DNA of 64,000 nucleotides from Escherichia virus TH54: sequence record MT446420.1; one strand, 5' to 3'. Shown piece by piece: positions 41,215 to 48,720 of this stretch (position 1 is its first letter; each line of letters starts with the position of its first letter). The notes under the pieces were generated by a model. It saw only the letters and a program-made list of their open reading frames with translations, ran no database searches and was not told where the DNA came from. The position numbers and the translations under genes were made by a program.

Positions 41215-41448
41215 TTAAACAATATCAGTCGGCGTAAACATTGCCTCATTCTTGGTCTTCCAGTCAGCAGCATCAGTCACTACAGTAGAATAGGCTGCAA
41301 CGGCCGAAGGGAAAGTCTGATAATGAGCATTAGCGATACGATGCGCATCAGAATAGATTTCAAATGGAACTGAAACCTCAGTACCTTTAACTTCTTTACC
41401 TTCACCAGCTGCATGCGTGAAGGTTTTGATATTAACGAAACCACCCAT
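41215..41448 (-). CDS. soc: small outer capsid protein Soc
   Basis: 77 aa; GFVNIKTF...EVSVPFEIYSDAHRIANAHYQTFPSAVAAYSTV matches T4 Soc; TATAAATA late promoter upstream. Confidence 0.85.
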   Translation of the reverse strand: MGGFVNIKTFTHAAGEGKEVKGTEVSVPFEIYSDAHRIANAHYQTFPSAVAAYSTVVTDAADWKTKNEAMFTPTDIV

Positions 41449-41469
41449 AATAAACTCCTTTGATGTTTA

Positions 41470-41477
41470 ATTACAGG
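41470..41477 (-). promoter_or_regulatory. late promoter TATAAATA for soc
   Basis: Plus-strand tatttata = minus TATAAATA, about 20 nt upstream of soc ATG. Confidence 0.6.
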
Positions 41478-41489
41478 TGTATTTATAAC

Positions 41490-41771
41490 TTACAATTTGG
41501 CGGCTTGGACTGCTTTATTGGCTTCGGTCATTTTAGCTAGATTTTCAGCAGTAGGATTAGCAATGTATTCAGCAGTAGCTTGGGCAAAAACATTATGAGT
41601 TTCGATTACATTTTTAGCATTTTCAGTATTCATAGCAATTTCTTGTTTAGATAAATTTTTTAGTTGATTGGCTAAAAGTTCTACAAAGATTTCAACATTA
41701 GCGTTTTCAATTATATCATTAATATGCTTCTTACGAGCTTTCTTAAGCTGACGTTTATTTAAACGAGCCAT
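41490..41771 (-). CDS. hypothetical protein
   Basis: 93-aa ORF. Confidence 0.4.
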   Translation of the reverse strand: MARLNKRQLKKARKKHINDIIENANVEIFVELLANQLKNLSKQEIAMNTENAKNVIETHNVFAQATAEYIANPTAENLAKMTEANKAVQAAKL

Positions 41772-42289
41772 TAATAACCTCGGTCTTGACGAGCGAAGTT
41801 TTCAGCATTTTTCAGATAATAAAGTTTAAAGATTTCTTCTGCTGACAGACCAAGACCATGGAACATGTTCAGAACAAAGTGCAGGATGTCAATCATCTCA
41901 AATTTAATTTCGAGCTGGTCTTCAGGAGACAACTCATCAATACGACGATTACGGAATTCAGCATGTTGGGCTTTCCAAGGCTTCCATACACTAGATGCAG
42001 CTTTCTCGCCATTAGACATACCACCGAGAGAAGTTAGAAGTTCACGGAATTCATCATCAACATAATCTTTCTGGTTACGAAGCCATGCAACAACATCGCC
42101 GGCGGTAGCCAATTCGTCTGGATGTGAGTTGTATTCTGGTTTTTCAGTAGCCAAACGGACCTGCAATGATTTCTGCATATCAAGCATAATCTGCAGCGGG
42201 TCAGTGCCTTCGATAATTGCATTGTCATAAGCTTCTTCAGCTTTATCAACGCCAGCAATCAGTTGGGAACACTCGTTAAAATGAGCCAT
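41771..42289 (-). CDS. 56: dCTPase/dUTPase gp56 (MazG-like)
   Basis: Track ORF starts at TTG 42307; ATG 42289 (AAGGAAA SD) gives 172 aa MAHFNECSQLIAG... of T4 gp56 size. Confidence 0.8.
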   Translation of the reverse strand: MAHFNECSQLIAGVDKAEEAYDNAIIEGTDPLQIMLDMQKSLQVRLATEKPEYNSHPDELATAGDVVAWLRNQKDYVDDEFRELLTSLGGMSNGEKAASSVWKPWKAQHAEFRNRRIDELSPEDQLEIKFEMIDILHFVLNMFHGLGLSAEEIFKLYYLKNAENFARQDRGY

Positions 42290-42373
42290 TATATTTTTCC
42301 TTATCAATTCATGTTGTTTGTATGTTAATTATATCGTATTGGTTTGAAGCATAAATACAAGAAAGGAGGATAT

Positions 42374-42571
42374 ATGCTAAAACTATCTAGTCTAATTCAA
42401 GCCATCAAAGGCAGTCGTAAGCGAACGATTCTGGTCCTTTCGATACTCTGTTTAGTTCTACTCTGGAACTTTATTGTTGCCCCTGTTGCATTGGCACATG
42501 GTGTTATATTGCCAGTCGTCGCACTCGAATCAGTTGTAGATGTTTCACTGGCATTAATCGGCCTTATATAG
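42374..42571 (+). CDS. orphan plus-strand small hydrophobic ORF (66 aa)
   Basis: AAAGGAGGA SD 4 nt before ATG; MLKLSSLIQAIKGSRKRTILVLSILCLVLLWNFIVAPVALAHGVILPVVALESVVDVSLALIGLI; opposite to surrounding early genes. Confidence 0.3.
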   Translation: MLKLSSLIQAIKGSRKRTILVLSILCLVLLWNFIVAPVALAHGVILPVVALESVVDVSLALIGLI

Positions 42572-42679
42572 GTGGAACTTACTGGTTATGCCTATCGCTG
42601 CATCACAAGGGGTACACTTACCTCAGGTCACAATGGAACATATCCATTCCATCATCGGTTACTTTACCGGAATCCCTTC

Positions 42680-43708
42680 CTAAACTTTTGCGTACTTCGA
42701 AAGTCGCATTCTCGCCATCAGCCCTTGAGCAACGTTATCGGCCATATATGATTCGATTTGTTCAGGGGTTGCACCCTCCGATTTAACCATCTCATTTATG
42801 TCTTTAGTATGCCATGGTGCATTGTCCCAGAACATAACAGCTTCGCCAGCTTCAACGAGTTTCTTCATACGTTTAATCGTATCCGGATGTCTTGGCTCGT
42901 TGTCCATTACCCATACTCGGGTTTCAGCATAAGGAACGGCTTCCAATGCTAATGTTCCACCGGTTATCGCAATGCTGTTAGGGATAAACAAACTATCAAT
43001 CGGACCTTCCATTACCCACACGCGCTTGCGCTCATCAATCTTGTCTACGCCATAGACTTTGGAAGCTTCTGGGTGAGCTTTGATTGTGATATATTTTTGT
43101 GGTGCATCTTTGCGAAGAGCTCGTCCTTGGAAAGATTCGATTTCTTTTTTGCCGTTGAAGATAGGAATAACCAAGCGTGGTTCATTCGTTTCATTCTTAT
43201 ACGTCCCAGGATTAACGGAGTTAACTAATGCAGGCCATTTGTTTGTAAACCATAACCGGTTCCAAACATTGCTCGGAATACACCGACTTTTAACATACTT
43301 AACTATCGGATGCGCTTCTGGTAAAGTATCGATTCTTTCGCAAAAAGCAAGCTCTTCAATAACCGGAGTTTTTTCTGGTTCTTTCGGAGTTTCTGCAACT
43401 TCATTACGTTGTCGACCGAAGGCATTTTCCTTGTACTTCTCAACCATATATTCCCGGTGCAAATCCGGCTCAAACTCTTTTATGTATTTGCTTATATGCG
43501 TGGAGTAGTCACAGTTAAAACATTTCACGTAAACCGCACCATCAGACGGATTGGTATACGCCCAGAATCGAGCCTTATGTGAATCTTTCTGGGAGTCCCC
43601 GCAAACCTTACAACGACAGTTTGCTTTAAATGTGCTCCCGGTGACTTCTCTATAACGTGGTTGATACGATAAAGCTCTGACTGCAAATTCTTTATCAATA
43701 TATGACAT
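42680..43708 (-). CDS. 61: DNA primase gp61
   Basis: 342 aa (as T4 gp61); N-terminal zinc ribbon CRCKVCGDS...CFNCDYSTH and TOPRIM-like core. Confidence 0.9.
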   Translation of the reverse strand: MSYIDKEFAVRALSYQPRYREVTGSTFKANCRCKVCGDSQKDSHKARFWAYTNPSDGAVYVKCFNCDYSTHISKYIKEFEPDLHREYMVEKYKENAFGRQRNEVAETPKEPEKTPVIEELAFCERIDTLPEAHPIVKYVKSRCIPSNVWNRLWFTNKWPALVNSVNPGTYKNETNEPRLVIPIFNGKKEIESFQGRALRKDAPQKYITIKAHPEASKVYGVDKIDERKRVWVMEGPIDSLFIPNSIAITGGTLALEAVPYAETRVWVMDNEPRHPDTIKRMKKLVEAGEAVMFWDNAPWHTKDINEMVKSEGATPEQIESYMADNVAQGLMARMRLSKYAKV

Positions 43709-43740
43709 AGTTTCCTCATTTCAATGGCCCCGAAGGACCA

Positions 43741-43908
43741 TTATACTGTAGGTTTATCGTCTTTATTCTTACGCTTTTTTGATGGGATTTGTTCAGGGCC
43801 TTTATTGACAACTGCTCCGGAAGTGGTACCTGTTGCGATATTAGTTGGGTTTCCACCTGCATCACCGGCAACCATATCTTCGTTGATAAAATCTTTGAAT
43901 GTTTTCAT
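43741..43908 (-). CDS. hypothetical Lys-rich small protein (55 aa)
   Basis: Hand-translated MKTFKDFINEDMVAGDAGGNPTNIATGTTSGAVVNKGPEQIPSKKRKNKDDKPTV; TATAAATA 20 nt upstream. Confidence 0.35.
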   Translation of the reverse strand: MKTFKDFINEDMVAGDAGGNPTNIATGTTSGAVVNKGPEQIPSKKRKNKDDKPTV

Positions 43909-43924
43909 AACACCCCCTTTCCGC

Positions 43925-43932
43925 TATTTATA
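43925..43932 (-). promoter_or_regulatory. late promoter TATAAATA upstream of the 55-aa ORF and gene 61
   Basis: Minus-strand GTATAAATAGCGGAAAGGGGGTGTTATG. Confidence 0.4.
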
Positions 43933-44119
43933 CAACGAAGATAGCTTTATCACCATTTGCATCAGTCACTTCATAAGTGTCTTCATGATACAACGGAATA
44001 ATCCAGGTAACACCATCATCAGCGATAACATGGATTGCTTCTTGGTCTTGCGACACGATTTCATATTCTTCAAAAATCTGGAAGACCGAAATCTTAGAGC
44101 CCGTACACATTGCACTCAT
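43928..44119 (-). CDS. hypothetical protein
   Basis: 63-aa ORF, ATG confirmed. Confidence 0.35.
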   Translation of the reverse strand: MSAMCTGSKISVFQIFEEYEIVSQDQEAIHVIADDGVTWIIPLYHEDTYEVTDANGDKAIFVV

Positions 44120-44315
44120 ATTGTTCCCTTCTTTTAATCAATTGACGATGTGCCTTTTTAAGCTTACGAATCTGACGTTTAGTCGGTCGCGCAACGTAAG
44201 CTTGTGTAGTTACTCGTCCAAAAACACCATACTTAGGCGAAGGAGTATCAATAAAGACTTCCCACTGGCAAGAGTAACTATATATTGCTTTAGAGAATTG
44301 GGTCAAAACAAACAT
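44094..44315 (-). CDS. hypothetical protein
   Basis: 73-aa ORF. Confidence 0.35.
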   Translation of the reverse strand: MFVLTQFSKAIYSYSCQWEVFIDTPSPKYGVFGRVTTQAYVARPTKRQIRKLKKAHRQLIKRREQYECNVYGL

Positions 44316-44316
44316 A

Positions 44317-44676
44317 TTAACCTCGCTTCATGAAGGCATTAAAAATCTGGTCATCAATATCAGTAGGCAGTTCTTGAGCTTTAACCCAAGCCCCTTCCAG
44401 AATGTCATTTGCTTCAGTAGATATCATGACCCCAATTTCAGGGTTTCCGGTTATCCATGCTGCACAATCGCGTACATTCTTTTTATCAAATGGATAGCCA
44501 CGAGTATCTTCATAAGGTCCACTCATTACCATAAATGAGCGAGCCTTTATGATAACATCATCTTTAACGATAATATAACCAATCGCCTGATTAAACCGAG
44601 GCTCACGAAATTCATAACGGGCATTACCATTATTATTGCTCACCAGTTCAAAATTCAGAAAATTATAATAACTCAT
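44317..44676 (-). CDS. hypothetical protein, paralog of 44678..45118
   Basis: 119 aa; C-terminus TDIDDQIFNAFMKRG matches SVDDQIFNAFMKRD of neighbour; ~45-bp near-identical DNA at both 3' ends. Confidence 0.45.
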   Translation of the reverse strand: MSYYNFLNFELVSNNNGNARYEFREPRFNQAIGYIIVKDDVIIKARSFMVMSGPYEDTRGYPFDKKNVRDCAAWITGNPEIGVMISTEANDILEGAWVKAQELPTDIDDQIFNAFMKRG

Positions 44677-44677
44677 A

Positions 44678-45118
44678 TTAATCTCGCTTCATGAAGGCAT
44701 TAAAAATTTGGTCGTCAACTGAATATACAGGGGTTTCCAGAAGTTTCAAAAGACTGTTTTTAATGTACTTACCCGGGATACCCATATTAACAATACTGTC
44801 ATTCAATTCATTATCAGGGTTGATGTCTTTAAATTCAAACCCATCAAATTCAACCTTGTCAGGAATACCATCAGCGAAAAAATAAACCAATTGGTGCATT
44901 GTATTGCGCGAAAATAATTTAGACTTGACCGCAATAAGTTCTTGCCAATGGTTTAATTCTTTGTTAAGAAGTTTATGAGCAAACGTAATTCTATTATCAC
45001 TATCAACAAGAAAATAACCCAGGTATTGAATGGGTTCGTCGCTCCAAAACATCCTGTATGCTTGTGCATTTTGATTTTTACAACGAAGTTTTTTGATAAC
45101 TAAATTTCTGTTAATCAT
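44678..45118 (-). CDS. hypothetical protein, paralog of 44317..44676
   Basis: Track ORF 44678..45253 shortened to ATG 45118 (AGGTGA SD) = 146 aa, abutting the upstream gene. Confidence 0.45.
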   Translation of the reverse strand: MINRNLVIKKLRCKNQNAQAYRMFWSDEPIQYLGYFLVDSDNRITFAHKLLNKELNHWQELIAVKSKLFSRNTMHQLVYFFADGIPDKVEFDGFEFKDINPDNELNDSIVNMGIPGKYIKNSLLKLLETPVYSVDDQIFNAFMKRD

Positions 45119-45119
45119 T

Positions 45120-45413
45120 TTATTCACCTGTAACCCATTGAACAATCTTGCTGTTGTCAAATGAAGCATCGCAATACAGAACATAGTTATACTGCATAAC
45201 GTCACCAGAAGCCAGTTGGTCAGATACTTCTTTAACCATATCTGGGCGGTCACGTTTAGTAATATTCATGATATCAGCATAAATCTGATGTTCAACATCA
45301 GTCTGGTCAGCAGTCATAGACCACTCACAAAGGTCTTTATCAAGTCCAGCGGTTACAGGAGCTGTACCACATGATGCTACGGTAAGAATTGCCGCGATTA
45401 ATAACTTTTTCAT
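45120..45413 (-). CDS. exported protein with signal peptide/lipobox (Spackle-like candidate)
   Basis: 97 aa; MKKLLIAAILTVASCG...; same length as T4 Sp and carries a signal peptide, but Sp sequence was not verified. Confidence 0.45.
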   Translation of the reverse strand: MKKLLIAAILTVASCGTAPVTAGLDKDLCEWSMTADQTDVEHQIYADIMNITKRDRPDMVKEVSDQLASGDVMQYNYVLYCDASFDNSKIVQWVTGE

Positions 45414-45471
45414 TTCAATCTCCTCAGTAGTTGATAGGGATAATATACTGCATTATCCCTTTGTTGTACAC

Positions 45472-45813
45472 TTATTTTTCACCTTCAACTGAAAAACCGG
45501 TCAAGTTGTAATATTCAGCACGTGCAATATGAAGAGCTGCTTCAATATCAGTAAGGCAGATTTCTTCATTTAACAGTTGCGCTTCAACGGTCAAAATCAG
45601 ATTACGCAATGCGGTACCCTTACGCATGTCTACTTTATGAATTAGCTTGTCATCAACAAAAGCTTCAACAAGTGCATTATAGTTATCAGCAGTCTTCTGA
45701 ACATACCAGTGAATACCTGCGGGATGGAACATACTTGAGCGCTCAAAAGATGGAACGCCAACAGCACTCACTTTGATTGTTACTTTTACGCGGTCTTCTG
45801 GATTAAAAGCCAT
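45472..45813 (-). CDS. hypothetical protein, shares domain with 45814..46026
   Basis: 113 aa; NYNALVEAFVDDKLIHKVDM vs NNALVKAFVNDNKVFECDY. Confidence 0.4.
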   Translation of the reverse strand: MAFNPEDRVKVTIKVSAVGVPSFERSSMFHPAGIHWYVQKTADNYNALVEAFVDDKLIHKVDMRKGTALRNLILTVEAQLLNEEICLTDIEAALHIARAEYYNLTGFSVEGEK

Positions 45814-46026
45814 TTAGATTTCCTCAGATAAGTGGATACGATAATCACATTCAAAAACTTTATTGTCATTAACAAAGGCTTTCACCAGCGCATTATTCAC
45901 CTCTGCATACTGCACCGTAACCCATTCAATCATTTTTTGGTCACTAACATCCAGCGCGGTTTCTTTGGTAAACATATTACCATTTTCAAACCAACCAATA
46001 AACACTACGTTCTCTAATTTATACAT
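45814..46026 (-). CDS. hypothetical protein
   Basis: 70-aa ORF. Confidence 0.4.
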   Translation of the reverse strand: MYKLENVVFIGWFENGNMFTKETALDVSDQKMIEWVTVQYAEVNNALVKAFVNDNKVFECDYRIHLSEEI

Positions 46027-46344
46027 TTAGATTTCCTCACAAAACGCCCAGTCTGCGTGATAAACTGTTGCGCCTTTAGTATCATTTAAACAAACCACGT
46101 CAACAGGTGCAATCACACGATAAAGACGGGGTTCTCCTCCATACGAGCGAGCTGCTCTTCCTGCATAGATACGCGCCAAACCAATATCTTCAGTAAAAAA
46201 CACACGCCCTAAATTTTTCTTACGCCCAACTTCTGACAGAACACCAGTTGCATCAGGAGGGCAAAGCATATTTTGGATTCCAGCATTAGAGCTTGAGCCA
46301 TGGTAATAAACTTTGTATTCTGCCTTGCAATCAATGGTTTTCAT
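46027..46344 (-). CDS. hypothetical protein with NAD-binding-like Y-H-G-S motif (possible mini ADP-ribosyltransferase fold)
   Basis: 105 aa; VYYHGSSSNAGI...GRVFFTEDIGLARIYAG resembles the beta1 HG[ST] and Tyr-containing strands of diphtheria-toxin/PARP-type ARTs; by-eye motif comparison only. Confidence 0.35.
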   Translation of the reverse strand: MKTIDCKAEYKVYYHGSSSNAGIQNMLCPPDATGVLSEVGRKKNLGRVFFTEDIGLARIYAGRAARSYGGEPRLYRVIAPVDVVCLNDTKGATVYHADWAFCEEI

Positions 46345-46403
46345 TTTATTCTCCAGTAGTTGATAGGTCTATAATAACACAACTAACGGAGAAGTAAACT
46401 GTT

Positions 46404-46781
46404 TTAGAGATGATTGCAATAAGCAGTCCATTCAACATGGACCTTTTCACCATTAAAATCAAAAGCGATAATACGAGCGGCTTCATCTACATACTTATAC
46501 ATGTGATGGAAACTAACAGGAATATATTCACCTTTTCGGCAAACCATGATTTTATCGCCTTTAAACAAGGCTAAGTCATCATAAATCTCTTTAAGGCCGA
46601 TGAAATCGATTTCACGACCACGTCTGCCTTCAATCTGGATAATAGCTTTACCTGGGTAAAAATCGTAGGCGATTGGTACATTAGCTCGTGGAGCCAGGAT
46701 AACGAATTCAATTGCATTTTCAGAGAATTCTACATTTACGGATTCAGTGATTGCTTTAACGATGGCTTGTGAAAAGTTCAT
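46404..46781 (-). CDS. hypothetical protein
   Basis: 125-aa ORF, first gene after the tandem early promoters. Confidence 0.4.
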   Translation of the reverse strand: MNFSQAIVKAITESVNVEFSENAIEFVILAPRANVPIAYDFYPGKAIIQIEGRRGREIDFIGLKEIYDDLALFKGDKIMVCRKGEYIPVSFHHMYKYVDEAARIIAFDFNGEKVHVEWTAYCNHL

Positions 46782-46820
46782 AATAATTTCCTCTTAGTGC
46801 GTATTTGATTTACAAGGTCC

Positions 46821-46921
46821 ATAGTACCACGCCCATGTGGTAGTGTAAACACTTATTGTAAGCGAATATCTTTAACCTTACCTACAGTTTCACAATTATC
46901 ATGCCTACAGGAGATGTAAAC
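46821..46921 (-). promoter_or_regulatory. two tandem early-type promoters driving the 41-61 island
   Basis: Minus-strand GTTTAC ... GATAAT (46921-46895, short spacer) and GTTTAC-N18-TACTAT (46850-46821), after the gp41 terminator. Confidence 0.45.
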
Positions 46922-46936
46922 CCCTAAAAACAAAAA

Positions 46937-46952
46937 AGGAGCCAAAGCTCCT
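46937..46952 (-). terminator. intrinsic terminator after gene 41
   Basis: Minus-strand AGGAGC-TTTG-GCTCCT then TTTTTTG. Confidence 0.5.
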
Positions 46953-48391
46953 TAAAATTTGATAGATGCTGCTAAATCGTCCAAATCGCTTCTATTAACA
47001 CGCGTCTGACGATTGACCTCGGCTTGACGATTCATCTCACCGGTGGCTTCTTTAACCGTAGGACCTTGTTTAGGAGCTGAATCATCATCAACCTCGTACC
47101 AGCGCTGATTACCTTTCTTAACACCCATCTTGAATTTATTATAGTAGTTTTTATCGCCATAACGAGACTTAAGTTGTTTGATTAACTGCAGCCCCATTTG
47201 AGCGAATTCTTCGGTCTCAACAACACCCAACATAAAGTCAGCCGTGTGAGCAATACCAAAGGATTCTGCGATGTCAGCCATATCAATCTCAGCTGCAACG
47301 TTCGCGCCCCTGGTTGTCTGCGCTGCAGTCCACAGGACTACATTTTTCTCGACCGCCAGACCGCGAAGTTCTTCTGCGACCATCTTAATCAGGCCGTAAC
47401 TGTTTTCGGTAAACGTTTTCAGTCTTGAGCTTGCACAGATTGCCAGGTAGTCAACAATAATCACATCTGGCACAAACCCTTGCTTCAGCTTGTACTCGTT
47501 CAGTAATGCACGGAAGGTATCCGCATGAGCACCACCGGTTGGATATTGTTTTATCTTCAGAGTCCCGAGAGTCCCGGAAGCTCGCCATTTTTCCATCTTA
47601 CTTTTGTATTCTGCCCATGACATATGACCTTCATCAATATCATCCAGAGATACATCCAGCAAGTTGGCATCAATACGTTTGGCACATACTTCTTCGGCCA
47701 TTTCCATGCTTATATAAAGAACATTATGACCAGTCTGAAGATAGTCAGCAGCTAACGAACAAAGTCCAAGGGATTTACCGACGTTTGTCCCGGCCAGTAA
47801 AACGTTCTCTGTACCGTACTCAACCCCACCTTTCGTAATTTTATTCAGGATGTTAATACGGAACGGAACTTTCTTCGATTTGTTCAGATAAGTCTGGAAT
47901 CGAGCCTCGTAATCGTTTAACCAGTCATGGCCAAGGGCAGAATCAAAACAGATGGACAATGCATCACGCATGATGTCAGGGATAGCACCGATATCCGGGA
48001 TTCGTTTATCACGCTTATCTTTCGGAAGTTCGGCATTACTCTGGATTTCGATAATCCTGGATGTGGCATTGAACATCGCAGACTTCTGTACATACTTCTC
48101 GGTTTCTCTGACCAACCATTCCTGGTCTTCTGGAGTATCAACCAGAGCTCCTAAGAGTTTCTTTGTGCCTTCATATTCGACTTCAGAAAGGTCAGAACTA
48201 TCGAGCGCAATATCAAGTGCAGTCTTAGTTGGTACCGCTTGATATTCTTTTACGTGTTCGTTAATCGTATTAAAAAGGGTCTTTGCGGGACCCTTTTCAA
48301 AATATGTGTTATTCAGATATGGCCAGACTTTAACAAAATATTCCTTGTTAAAGAGTAGCTGGGATAAAATAGTTTCTACCACTTCCACCAC
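46952..48391 (-). CDS. 41: replicative DNA helicase gp41 (DnaB family)
   Basis: 479 aa; MVE...LSQLLFNKEYFVKVWPYL... N-terminus and Walker A LLAGTNVGKS as T4 gp41. Confidence 0.95.
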   Translation of the reverse strand: MVEVVETILSQLLFNKEYFVKVWPYLNNTYFEKGPAKTLFNTINEHVKEYQAVPTKTALDIALDSSDLSEVEYEGTKKLLGALVDTPEDQEWLVRETEKYVQKSAMFNATSRIIEIQSNAELPKDKRDKRIPDIGAIPDIMRDALSICFDSALGHDWLNDYEARFQTYLNKSKKVPFRINILNKITKGGVEYGTENVLLAGTNVGKSLGLCSLAADYLQTGHNVLYISMEMAEEVCAKRIDANLLDVSLDDIDEGHMSWAEYKSKMEKWRASGTLGTLKIKQYPTGGAHADTFRALLNEYKLKQGFVPDVIIVDYLAICASSRLKTFTENSYGLIKMVAEELRGLAVEKNVVLWTAAQTTRGANVAAEIDMADIAESFGIAHTADFMLGVVETEEFAQMGLQLIKQLKSRYGDKNYYNKFKMGVKKGNQRWYEVDDDSAPKQGPTVKEATGEMNRQAEVNRQTRVNRSDLDDLAASIKF

Positions 48392-48720
48392 CTCTTTTTC
48401 ATTTTAATCTTATCAATTTCATCTTGTATTTGCATTGTAACACACTTTTCTACATGCACTGCAAGCTCCGCTTTGCGGTCTTCAGAAGGGGTGCCGAAAT
48501 CAACTGAAACTTTTCCAGATGGTTCAATTTTAATTCCGGTTACGTACACGATGTGATTGGACCCATCAGGGAGTGATAACAGAATTTCCTGTCGCACAGT
48601 TCCCATGGATTGCCGGATAATCTCCAAACTTTTTTCGTAGTAAGGTACAGAAGGAGCCTTAGCTCCCTCCGCATCTTTCTCGAAATTATCTAAATCAGAT
48701 AAATCGATATCATTCATCAA
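48376..48720 (-). CDS. 40: head vertex assembly chaperone gp40 (positional)
   Basis: 114-aa ORF between uvsX and 41. Confidence 0.55.
   Translation of the reverse strand: MMNDIDLSDLDNFEKDAEGAKAPSVPYYEKSLEIIRQSMGTVRQEILLSLPDGSNHIVYVTGIKIEPSGKVSVDFGTPSEDRKAELAVHVEKCVTMQIQDEIDKIKMKKRWWKW

Noticed and set aside
42344-42373. Longer 75-aa version of the plus-strand orphan ORF (start at 42344)
   Set aside because: The upstream ATG has no SD; the ATG at 42374 with AAAGGAGGA is the only plausible start if the ORF is real.
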